From assembly GCF_006345805.1 (NCBI RefSeq), contig NC_043000.1, positions 117,180,001-117,244,000 on the forward strand: DNA of 64,000 nt. Direction: 5' to 3'. Positions within the stretch are counted from its first letter, which is position 1. Each line of letters starts with the position of its first letter. The position numbers and the translations under genes are program-made. The notes under the pieces were generated by a model. The model was not told the origin of the DNA. It saw only the letters and a program-made list of their open reading frames with translations, and ran no database searches. The DNA is from Octopus sinensis. Lineage: Eukaryota. Positions 13,801-24,993 of this stretch are shown piece after piece.

Positions 13801-14553
13801 CAGCTCACCGCCTTATTTTTCCAGTAACTTATAGTTTCCAGTAACCGGGACCCTGTCTATGTGTCACAAATTTGTGATCTGTGTAGCTGACTATTTTAAA
13901 TTGTGGATATCCTACACTATCCCTATCCGCTGTCCTGCATAGAATTCTATCTAAATAAGATCTCGACGATCCAGTGCGGTTTGTCCAAGTCCATGTTGGC
14001 ACGTTCGGATGGTCGAGTCGGAACCTGTCAGACAAATGGAAACGTCTGAGTAGGTCTTTGAGACCCTTACACCCCTTCTATTCCTATCCATTCCCACATA
14101 ATCTAAATGCGTGTCCAAGGTAGCGTTCCAATCCCCTACTAACAGTAAAGGTCTAGACGTACCCAGGAAAAACTCTAGACGTCTGAAGAAATCCGCCCGA
14201 CCCGTTAAGGACGGTGCATAAACTGCCATCAGTCGGAATGCACACCCATTTCTGCCATCCACGTCCACGACAACCAGCCTACCCTCCGGGTCTAGGAATA
14301 TTGTTCTTACTTTTACATTTAGACTCTTTCGAAAAATTACCGCGGTACCTCCACCACCCATGTTCGGCAGACAGGGAGAAAAATAAATGTCGAATTGATC
14401 GCCAGACATGGACGCGAGGGCCCGCGGCTTGCTGAGTCTGGTTTCACTGATAGCTACTATATCCACGTTCAGTGACTTGATGTCGTTTAGAAGGTAACCT
14501 TGTTTCCAAGCCGACGCCAAGCCACGCGCATTCACACAGCCTAATTTAAGCAT
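10892..14553 (-). pseudogene. Tx1-like ORF2 (APE endonuclease, RT, zinc finger), broken by frameshifts and a SINE
   Basis: Endonuclease motifs CVNARGL, AISET, GDWN, YLDRI, TDH. RT motifs NFRPITLLNAD, LDQSKAFDRV, QGCPLS, YADD. C-terminal CPRCGQSDETVLHALMQC. Split across ORFs 13951-14553, 13829-14035, 13175-13600, 12839-13147 and 10892-12826. Confidence 0.93.
13583..13815 (-). mobile_element. tRNA-derived SINE family A monomer inserted in the LINE ORF2
   Basis: A box TGGCAGAAACGTTAG and B box GAGTTCAAATTC. The 14-bp target duplication AGTTTCCAGTAACC (13569-13582 and 13833-13846) duplicates the GYWKL codons. Confidence 0.9.
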
Positions 14554-14619
14554 AATTGACGTTTAAGGAATTTGTGTTTCACACACTACATTGGAAGAGA
14601 CAAAAGGCAAGAGGGAAGG

Positions 14620-16730
14620 TCACTTACCCATTTCGAAAGTTTCAGTTTTTTCTTCATCTTTTGTAATGTCTTTGAGGAGGTGTTTGAATAGTTTTTTTGA
14701 GAGGTATTTTTGAAACCCCCCTACCGCATTTGGAAATATGGTTTTCAGTGTATGGTGTTGTGTTTGTGTTATGTGTAAAATTCTTATGTGTTTCGGTGGA
14801 GTGGTGCGCGGATGATTATTTGTCTTAAAGTCATCTTCGCAGATGTTCGTATTGGATGCAATGTCATCCATTAGTTTTTTATTGTCCGTGTCTATTGCTG
14901 TTAGTTGTGTGTGTGGTTTTGCGGGGTCATTGATTTTTTGATTGTCTGAGGGGATGCTGTCCGGAGTTAAATATCTCCCTGCTTTACTTACTTGTTTGGT
15001 GGGCTTTTTTGGTCTTTTCCTTTTACCCCCTGTGGCTATTTGCCATTCCGTCGAACTCTCGTCGTTGGACGACAAGTCCGACGAATCAGAAGAGGGTAAA
15101 GGCAAAGTATTTGCGTTAACATGTATGTTTGTAGAAATTGTTGATGTTTAGTGCGGTGTTTGTGTTGTTGGGGTGTTAGGGGTAGAATTTGTCTTCTCGT
15201 CACTGTTTTCTGTTTTTTTAGTTGTCGTCCTTAGTGCTGGTGTTGGTCTATATTTTGGTGTTGTTTCAGTATGTTGAATTGGTTGCGACGTCAACGGTGA
15301 TTGTGTTGGTGCTGTTTCTTTTCTTGGTGATGTTGTTGGGGTTTGTTTGCTGGTTTGTTGTTTTTCTTGGCATTGTTCCATAATTGAGTGTGTTGGTGTT
15401 GGTGTTGGCAACAAAGGTGTTTTATTTGTTTTCTGATTTATTCTTTCTTGTTTTTTTCTGTCCCAGAACGCACTTTGCAATTAAATGTTCTGGGCTGCCA
15501 CAGTTGTAGTATCTTGGCTTTTTGCCTTCTGCTACAACATATAGGCTTTGCCCATTTTCTAAATGAATCCTATCAGGTAGGTTCTCGATAGAGGACCCCT
15601 CAATCTGGATGGTCACTTCTATTGATTTACCACCCCAATTGTCATTTTTGTACACGGCGATTTCTAATATGTTTATCGTTTTTAAATGGTAACATATCGC
15701 TCCTGTTATCCATTTGTTAGGTATCTCTGGTGGTACATTTTTAATGCTAATTTTGCTCACTCTTTGGCCTTTGTAATATGGTATCATGCTGATTTCATCA
15801 TTTTGCAAAGACTCCGTAGAGTGAGCTTTTGCCACTTCCTGGTTAGGGAAGCGGACCACCACTGTATTAAACTGGGGACCCCAGTTTATATATTCTTTTT
15901 TTCATTATGTTTTTTAAACACTTTTCTATGCCCGTTTTTGTAATCTGTTCATTTTAAAATATTTTTAATAATTTTATATATAATTGTCTTATTTTCTATT
16001 TGTTCTATTTGTTATGATAATATCTTCACTATTAGATGATAAAATATTTATTTCATTTTTGTTGTTGTTCTTGTTGTTGTCTTTGTTAATTGTATTTGCG
16101 TTATTTTCATTTTTATCATTTATGTTGGTGGTGGTGGTGGAGGTGGTGGTTGTGGGTATATTAGGTGTATGCTTGCTGATTATGCAATTAGCAAGGGGTG
16201 GAAAGTTGTCTGCATAATTTGCCCCTGCGTTTGAGCAAATTTCGGCAATTAGTTTGGTGGTCGCGTTTTTTTTTCTTTCTCTCCTTCACTTGTTGGTGGT
16301 GGAGGGAACAATGGCTGAAGGGAATTGTTGTTGTTGTTGTTATTGTCGTTCTTGGTGGCGGCGGTGGTGTTAGTAGCAAAGGCGGCAGTCGTAGTAGCAG
16401 ATATTGTAGTGATGGCATTGGTATTGACGGCACGGTCTTTGGTGGCGGTGATCTTGGTATTGTTATTGTTGTTGTTAGCAGAGGTAGCAGTTGTAGTAGC
16501 AGAAGCTGCCATGGTGGTGGTGTCGGTGTTGATGGTGGAATCATTGGTGGCGGTGACGGTGCTTGGCCTTGCGACCTTTGTTTTGTAGTTGTTGCTGATG
16601 GTGGTGGTGGTGGTGGTGTAAGTAGCGTTCAAACAGTCAAGTTCAGCGCATTGGTGACAGGGAATCCTGCTTTTTTGTTTTGGCGTTACGCTTGACTTCC
16701 GCCTCAGCCTCGTGGTGACCAGTAGCCATT
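14620..16730 (-). pseudogene. Tx1-like ORF1 (gag-like, zinc knuckle), frameshifted
   Basis: ORF 15422-15862 has an RRM-like segment and a C-to-Y degenerate CCHC knuckle. It is flanked by T/N/P-rich low-complexity frames, directly upstream of ORF2. The start is uncertain. Confidence 0.6.
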
Positions 16731-16944
16731 TTTGAAAATAAAAATGGCTAAAATACAACACGAAGCCTATGGGAATTTTTAAAATTTTGCCCACAAAGGG
16801 CGAAATTTTGTGTAGATATTTATCAAGGTTTGCAGTGGATGTTGTTGCACAACTTTTAAGCACAAAATATTTGACAATAAACACTTTTGAACGTACAAAA
16901 TGACCAACTTACTTGGAGCCCATTTGACTTGCGTCTGTCTGTCC

Positions 16945-17015
<71 letters not shown>

Positions 17016-17045
17016 CAGACAGATAGATAGATACACAGATAGATA
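16945..17045 (+). repeat. (GATA)n microsatellite at the LINE 5' junction
   Basis: Seen directly. Confidence 0.95.
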
Positions 17046-17540
17046 TGTATATTTATGTGTGTGTGTGCTTGGGTGTGTAAGTGAGCATGAGTGTTCCTGT
17101 CTCTATTGTTTTAACGTCGTGCGTTAGTTGTAAACAGGTGTCAGTGTAATACACGCGGTGTCATTCTTTTGTAATCTGCCCTGAAAACATGTCCGGTCAT
17201 GGGGAAATACAGTCTCAGAAGCAAGAGAGAGTTGATGACAGTAACGGCATCCGTCCGTTGAAAATTTGCTTCAAAGAACTCCATCTGACACAAGCATGCG
17301 TAGAAAACTGAATGTTTAAAGCAATGATGATGAGGAAGAAGTGAAGGAGGAGCAGGATCACGACGACGAGAAGGACGGTGGTGGTGGTGCTGGTGGTGGT
17401 GGAGGTGGTAGCGACAGTTGTGGTGATGTCTCGATGCTTGACTTCCGAATTAGATTTTGGTATGGTTCTTCGTACTACCATGAGATCCTCACCCCGCACC
17501 TCCACCTCCCACCTACACACACACACTATTTCTGTTATTC

Positions 17541-18143
17541 TTATTTCTTTATTGCCCACAAGAGGTTAAACATAGAAGGGACAAACAAGGACAGGCAAAG
17601 GGATTAAGTCGATTAGATCGACCTCAGTGCGTAACTGGTAATTAATTTATCGACCCCGGAAGGATGAAAGACAAAGTCGACCTCGGCGGAATTTGAACTC
17701 AGAGCGTAACGGGCATCCTAACGTTTCTTATTTCTTTATTGCCCACAAGGGGCTACACACAGAGAGGACAAACAAGGGCAGACAAACGGATTAAGTCGAT
17801 TACATCGACCCCAGTGCGTAGCTGGTACTTATTTAATCGACCCCGAAAGGATGAAAGGCAAAGTCGACCTCGGCGGAATTTGAACTCAGAACGCAACGGC
17901 AGACGAAATACCTATTTCTTTAATACCCACAAGGGGCTAAACACAGAGGGGACAAACAAGGACAGACAAACGGATGAAGTCGATTATATCGACCCCAGTG
18001 CGTAGCTGGTACTTATTTAATCGACCCCGAAAGGATGAAAGGCAAAGTCGACCTCGGCAGAATTTGAACTCAGAACGTAACAGCAGACGAAATACCGCTA
18101 AGCATTTCGACCGGTGTGCTAACGTTTCTGCCAGCTCGCCGCC
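17541..18143 (-). mobile_element. SINE A trimer
   Basis: Three tandem bodies and one full head; junction at 17911/17912. Confidence 0.85.
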
Positions 18144-18536
18144 ATTTCTGTTATTCTACAACCGCTTCATGATTCGTTACGGTACACTAATTCACCTTCT
18201 CCTCACCAGCTCGTTATTTCTATATCTAAGAATAGATCTGACATCCTTTCTCTAACCCTTGACTAAGCCTTTGCTTTTCCATGCGATGTTATCTTTGCAT
18301 TCGTTCTGCTGTGTATGTTTATGCGCGCGTGTCTCTTTGCGTGTATTCATGTCCAATAGTTGTTCATATTATTTATAAGTATCAATCATTTCACAATCGA
18401 ACTTGTCAGTCACTCAAATGTCCCCGTCCATCTACCATTGATGCGAACAGTTCATTCTCAGCGTCTGTTTACCTTAAATCAGTCACTGGCTGCACGCTGT
18501 GTAAAAGTACATACCTATATCTATCTATCTATCTTA

Positions 18537-18605
<69 letters not shown>

Positions 18606-18914
18606 CATACATATATATATATATACATATATATACATACACACACATATATATATACATACACACACATATATATATACATACACACACATATATATAT
18701 ATACATACACACACACATATATATATACATACACACACACACATATATATATACATGCACACACATATATATCTATATATATATATATATACATATGTAT
18801 ACATATGTATGTATTATTTAGTTTATATTATATATATATGTATGTATGTATATATGTATGTATCTATGTACATATATATATATGTATGTATGTATGTATA
18901 TATGTATGTATCTA

Positions 18915-18945
<31 letters not shown>

Positions 18946-19116
18946 GCGTGTGTGTGTATACACATGTATATATGTACACCTATATGTCTATCTATCTATA
19001 TGTTTGTCTGTACGTATGTATGTGTGTATGTTAGGTATACATATGTGTATATGCATGTATGTACATAATGAGAGAGAGGCAGACAGAAATAGACAGATAA
19101 ACAGAAAGAGAAAGAA

Positions 19117-19147
<31 letters not shown>

Positions 19148-19690
19148 GAGAGAAGACCATACATTTGTATATAATTATGTTTATACGTACGCATACATGA
19201 ACGCATATACTACGAAAACTTAGTGGCTTGTGTGGGATAAGTAGGTGTCCCTGAGAGAAGTTATGGCAAATCGTTACCCAACTGTCATTGTAAATCATTA
19301 TAGTCAAGTAAAATCTCTCACCTAAGACTATTAAAGAGTTGTGGTAAGAAATAACGATGACCTTCGGTTATTGTGAATGGGAGCTCCATGAATTTAAATA
19401 GATTACTATATCTGTTAGGAAGATATTGTTCATGCAAATGAAGATGCAGGCTGTAAAATAAATCATATTTATTTCATTGAGTTATTCAGGATATGTAGGT
19501 CGCTTCCTGAAAGGCATTTGTATGGAGGCACTAGTGAAACAGTTTCGCAACTATGTGAAGCATGGTTTAATCCCGTTACAGACGATTTCTAGCAAACATT
19601 GATTAATACGTATGTGTGTGTGTGTGTGTGAAAGAGAGAGAGAGAGAGAGAGAACACTTGTGTATGTATGTATGTATGTATGTATATATA

Positions 19691-19746
<56 letters not shown>

Positions 19747-19821
19747 AAGAATGTATATATGTATTGTAATATTTTGTGACAACCAGTACTTAACAAAACA
19801 AAGCTATACAAAGCTTTACAT

Positions 19822-19869
19822 TTTACTTTTGACAATCTTTTTCTAAAAAAGTGAAACCGGTCAAGTGAA
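19822..19869 (+). ncRNA. Type I hammerhead ribozyme, U3-A8 core variant
   Basis: tttactt-UUGACAA-stem II (cuuuuu/aaaaag)-GAAA-CCGGU-C-aagtgaa. Stem I is 7 bp, stem III is the palindrome ACCGGU, and the triplet is GUC. Confidence 0.75.
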
Positions 19870-19974
19870 TAAACATCTTTTAAAATTGCATTTTCAAACC
19901 TTCTTTCATATATATATAAATATATATATATACTTTTCTAACCTAGGTAGAAGGTCCGAAATTTTGGGGGAGGG

Positions 19975-20332
19975 GACCAGTCGATTAGATCAACCCCAGT
20001 ACGCAACTAGTACTTAATTTATCGACTCCGAAAAAGATGAAAGGCAAAGTCGGCCTCGGCGGAATTTGAACTCAGAACGTAACAGGCAGACGAAATACCT
20101 ATTTCTTTACTACCCACAAGGAGCTAAACACAGAGGGGACAAACAAGGACAGACAAACAGATTAAGTCGATTACATCGACCCCAGTGCGTAACTGGTACT
20201 TAATTTATCGACCCCGAAAGGATGAAAGACAAAGTCGACCTCGGCAGAATTTGAACTCAGAACGTAACGGTAGACGAAATACCGCTAAGCATTTTGCCCG
20301 GCGCGCTAACGATTCTGCCAGCACGCCGCCTT
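19975..20332 (-). mobile_element. SINE A dimer
   Basis: Junction at 20098/20099. Confidence 0.85.
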
Positions 20333-21859
20333 TAAGATCATTCACTACCTCTCCAAACATATAACATCTAACAGGCCTGCCGACTAAAGGGATGCAACTC
20401 TTAGATTACAGCATTACCTCACATAGAAGAGAACAAACGAAAGTGGTCAACTAGATCAGAATTATTTTCAAATGAAACCGCATAGAGCTTTTGTAAGCCC
20501 TTAGCTTCCATTTCTACTTTTTGTTGCTTAATTGTTGAAGTCCTTAACACCTTTGCTATTATTTTTCTGTTGAAATGCACTCCTTTTGTTTCGATTCCTT
20601 TTCAAAATGACGAAAATTTGATAAAATAACTCATTAATAAGCAGATATATTTGGACTATAAATTGGTTTCTAATCTTAGTGTAGGGCCAGAAAATTCAGT
20701 GACCTATTCTAAGAACAAGGAGGTGGAGAAAAAATCGCAAAGTTCAAGCATATCATAAGGGTAAAGTTACCCAACGACGTGTACCCAGAGAGTGTGAAGG
20801 CCATTGTGGTTGATAGGGAAACCTATAAGAAACTTTGAGACATGTGCAGGAGTAGAACTGACCCAGCCGGAGCGTTGGTGGAGTTGAGCTGCCACCAGTA
20901 ATTGATTTGTTAGAACTGGAGCCGTATATGAGACGTTAAAAGAAAAACAAAAGAAGTAAAATTATTTGTTTTTTCTAAAAAAAAAAAGGAAAAAGTTTTT
21001 AAAAAAAAAACCCATAATTAAGGAAAGAAAAAAAACAACAGATAGTGACTGTGTGTACAAACGTTCAAATGGTACGGCATGAGGAGTGGGGCCCATGCAG
21101 CCATTCATCTTTCATTATTATATAATATTCATACTTGTACACTCACGGAGTGGTTGGCGTTAGGAAGGGCATCCAGCCGTAGAAACACTGCCAGATTTGA
21201 CTGGGCCTGATGAAGCCTTCTGGCTTCACAGACCCCAGTAGAACCGTCCAACCCATGCTAGCATGGAAAACGGACGCTAAACGACGATGATGATGATGAT
21301 ACTCATTCGTTTCGTGTTTATTGTCCCCACTGTGGTGTTGTGTCTGTCCTTGTAGTGTCCCCTCTGTGTTAGTGGCCTGACTGCCAAAATAAAGAAAGTG
21401 TCTTCTACTATAGCACTGGGTTGTCAAAAGCCTTGAGTGGATTTGATAGACAGAAACTGTCTATGTGTGTGTTTTTGCCCCCCACCCCCGACAGCTGGTG
21501 TTGGTATGTTTACATCTCCCATCACTTAGCAGTTCAGCAGATGAAACTGATAAAATAAGTACCAGGCTTTAAAAAAACAAAAGGAACTGCAGTCAATTCA
21601 TTCAACAAAAAATTTAAGGCAGAGCTCCAGCATGGTCAGTTTAATTACTGAACCAAGAAATGACAAAAAAAAACAAAAGGTAAACGGTGTAGGAGTGGTT
21701 GTGTGGTAAGTAGCTTGCTTACCAACCACATGGTTCCGGGTTCAGTCCCACTGCGCGGCACCTTGGGCAAGTGTCCTCTATTATAGCCTCGGGCCGATCA
21801 AAGCCTCATGAGTGGATTTGGTAGACAGAAACTGAAAGAAGCCCGTTGTATGTATGTAT

Positions 21860-23720
21860 CATCATCATCATCATCATCATCATTTAACGTCCGCTTTCCA
21901 TGCTAGCATGGGTTGGACGGTTCAACTGGGGTCTGGGGAGCCCGAAAGCTGCACCAGTCCAGTCAGATCTGGCAGTGTTTCTACAGCTGGATGCCCTTCC
22001 TAACGCCAACCACTCCGAGAGTGTAGTGGGTGATTTTATGTGCCACCGACACAGGTGCCAGACGAGGCTGACAAACGGCCACGCTCGGATGGTGTTTTTT
22101 ATGTGCCACCGACACAGGTGCCAGACGAGGCTGGCAGACGGCCACGCTCGGATGGTGTTTTTTTATGTGCCACCGACACAGGTGCCAGACGAGGCTGGCA
22201 GACGGCCACGCTCGGATGGTGTTTTTATGTGCCACCGACACAGGTGCCAGACGAGGCTGGCAGACGGCCACGCTCGGATGGTGTTTTTTTATGTGCCACC
22301 GACACAGGTGCCAGATGAGGCTGGCAAACGGCCACGATCGGATGGTGCTTGTTACGTGCCCACAGCACGGAGGCCAGTCGATGCGGTACTGGCTACGGCA
22401 CGTTCGGATGGTTTTCTTATGTGCCACGTGCCACCGGCACTGGTACCACAAAGATACAAATTCCATTGATGTTCATCTATTTTGATTTGTTTTGATTTGA
22501 TTTGATTTGATTTTCACTTGCCTCAACAGGTCTTCACAAGTGTCACAAGAAGGAAGGTATGCACAGGTGGACTGACTACGTCCCAGGTAGGGGCCATGGG
22601 TTATGGCCTGACTAGTCTTGCCGGGTCTTCGGATGGTGTTTTTATGTGCCACCGACACAGGTGCTAGATGAGGCTGGCGAACGGCCACGATCGGATGGTG
22701 TTTGTCATGTGCCCACCGCACTGACTACGGCACTGATGGATTTCTTGTGTGCCACAGGCACTGGTACCACAAGATACAAATTCCATTGATGTTCATCTAT
22801 TTTGTCTATTTTGATTTGATTTGATTTGATTTTCACTTGCCTCAACCGGTCTTCACAAGTGTCACAAGAAGGAAGGAAGGTATGCACAGGTGACTGACTA
22901 GTCTTGCCGGGTCTTCGGAAGGTGTTTTTATGTGCCACCGACACAGGTGCCAGATGAGGCTGGCGAACGGCCATGATCGGATGGTGTCTGTTACGTGTGC
23001 CCACAGCACGGAGGCCGGTCGATGCGGAACTGGCTACGGCCACGTTCGGATGGTTCTCATGTGTGCCACCGGCTGGTACCACAAAGTGTGTGCCACCGGC
23101 ACTGGTACCACAAAGATACAGATTCCATTGATGTTCATCTATTTTGATTTGTTTTGATTTGATTTTCACTTGCCTCAACAGGTCTTCACAAGTGTCACAA
23201 GAAGGAGGTATGCACAGGTGGACTGACTACGTCCCAGGTAGGGGCCATGGGTTATGGCCTGACTAGTCTTGCCGGGTCTTCGGATTGTGTTTTTATGTGC
23301 CACCGACACAGGTGCTAGATGAGGCTGGCGAACGGCCACAATCGGATGGCCAGTGATGCGGTACTGACTACGGCCACGTTCGGATGGATTCTTGTGTGCC
23401 ACCGGCACTGGTACCACAAGCGGTACTGACTACGGCCACGTTCGGATGGATTCTTGTGTCCACTGGCACTGGTACCACAAGGATACAAATTCCATTGATG
23501 TTCATCTATTTTGATTTGTTTTGATTTGATTTGATTTTCACTTGCCTCAGCAGGTCTTCACAAGTCGGAAGGTATGTACAGGTGGACTGACTACGTCCCA
23601 GTAGGGCCCACGGGTTATGACCTGACTAGTCTTGCCGGGTCTTCGGATGGTGTTTTTATGTGCCACCATGTTCCCACAGCACGGAGGCCAGTCGATGCGG
23701 TACTGGCTACGGCCACGCTC
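21860..23720 (-). repeat. SINE family B ((GAT)n tail) expanded into a nested tandem array
   Basis: Five near-identical 62-64-bp units start at 22038, 22101, 22165, 22227 and 22291. About four higher-order blocks of roughly 320-370 bp follow. Unexpanded family B copies lie at about 21145-21300, 30000-30270, 32520-32960 and 36410-36660. Confidence 0.88.
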
Positions 23721-23938
23721 ATACATATATATATATATGTGTGTGTGTGTGTTTGTGTGTCTGTCCCCCAACCGATATTGGTGTGTTTGCGTTCCCGTAA
23801 CTTAGCAGTTCGGCAGAAGAGACCGATAAAATAAGTACTAGGCTTACAAAGAATAAGTCATGGGGTCGATTTGCTCGACTAAAGGCAGCACTCCAGCATG
23901 GCCGCAGTCAAATGACTGAAACAAGTAACAGAGTATAT

Positions 23939-23954
23939 TTTATTCAGTTTTATT
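23939..23954 (-). terminator. Two tandem AATAAA polyadenylation signals for RFC3
   Basis: TTTATT at 23949-23954 and 23939-23944 on +, about 27-42 nt after the stop codon. Actual use is inferred. Confidence 0.55.
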
Positions 23955-23980
23955 TTTACAGAAAAAAAAAAGGGTACAAT

Positions 23981-24169
23981 TTAAAAAAGCTCAGCAATTC
24001 CTTCTTCAATGAATCGCTTATAGATGGCCATGAATTTGGCCACAAAGGCCTCAAGATGGAAGATAGCTTTCTGTCCAAGTTGCAGTCGGTGTTCATAATA
24101 AGCAGCTGATTTGACAACTTCCGCTTTGAGTTGACCATCACAGTTGGTGATTAACTCCTGTAGGAGACC
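23981..24169 (-). CDS. RFC3: RFC3 last coding exon (GLLQELITNCDGQLKAEVVKSAAYYEHRLQLGQKAIFHLEAFVAKFMAIYKRFIEEGIAELF*)
   Basis: Matches the RFC3 C-terminus (YEHRLQLG.KAI.HLEAF). Acceptor ttttcacCAG, stop TAA. The exons total 1068 nt, giving 355 aa plus stop. Confidence 0.96.
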   Translation of the reverse strand, partial: GLLQELITNCDGQLKAEVVKSAAYYEHRLQLGQKAIFHLEAFVAKFMAIYKRFIEEGIAELF

Positions 24170-24343
24170 CTGGTGAAAAGACAAAATGATTAAATTAACA
24201 CATCAACAAAATTTAGGTGATGGGGAATAAACAAAATTAGAAACACATTATTAATTCTGACCTTCATCTTTTCAAGATGGTTAGGTGTGATTACAGAAAG
24301 ATCTGCTTGTTGATGTATTTATATTGTTATAGAAGAAACAAAA

Positions 24344-24677
24344 CGTAACTGGTACTTAATTTATTGAGCCTGAAAGGATGAAAGGCAAAGTTGACCTTGG
24401 CGGAATTTGAACTCAGAATGTAACGGCAGACGAAATACCTATTTCTTTACTACCCACAACGGGCTAAACACAGAGACGACAAACAAAGAAAGTCAAAGGG
24501 ATTAAGTCGATTATATCGACTCCAGTGCGCAAGTGGTACTTAATTTATCGGCTCCGAAGGGATGAAAGTCAAAGTCGACCTTGGCGGAATTTGAACTTAG
24601 AACATAACTAACGGCAGACGAAATACGGTTACACATTTCGCCCGGCATGCTAACGTTTCTGCCAGCTCGCCGCCTTT
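24344..24677 (-). mobile_element. SINE A dimer in RFC3 intron 7
   Basis: Junction at 24438/24439. Confidence 0.85.
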
Positions 24678-24789
24678 ATGTATGCATGTTACATAATAAA
24701 TGGCGACCAGTGGTTAAACAACAACAGCTATCAGGTAAATCAATGATTAATTTCTTGTTAACAGTTTTATAATAAAGAATTATTTTTAC

Positions 24790-24859
24790 CTTCATAATTA
24801 TATCAGGGGGTATACAATGAGTAAGGAGTTCATAGAGACGAGCCCGGATCTCTAAAAGC
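24790..24859 (-). CDS. RFC3: RFC3 coding exon 7 (LLEIRARLYELLTHCIPPDIIMK)
   Basis: Manual translation. Acceptor tttttgCAG, donor GTAAAA; 70 nt. Confidence 0.93.
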
Positions 24860-24993
24860 CTGCAAAAATGAGGAGAGGATTAACAATAGCACTCAATACA
24901 CTAACAAGTATATGCAAAGGGACATTGTTATGATATGGAAAACTATGATATGAATAAATGTTAAGGCACATCTGCTTATATACATATATTATA

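Larger units (their letters stand above)
10563..16935 (-). mobile_element. Near-full-length L1/Tx1-clade non-LTR retrotransposon, disrupted
   Basis: Minus-strand order: low-complexity ORF1 with a degenerate zinc knuckle (YYNCGSPEHLIAKC), APE endonuclease, RT, C-terminal CCHC, then a 3' UTR with AATAAA near 10567. The outer boundaries are approximate. Confidence 0.85.

Noticed and set aside
16188-16884. Independent host gene with T/N/G-rich low-complexity protein
   Set aside because: No splice structure or domain. Its position directly 5' of the zinc-knuckle ORF fits the LINE ORF1/5' region better.
22038-22350. CRISPR-like array
   Set aside because: The units are near-identical throughout with no unique spacers, the context is eukaryotic, and there are no cas genes. 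It is a SINE-derived minisatellite.
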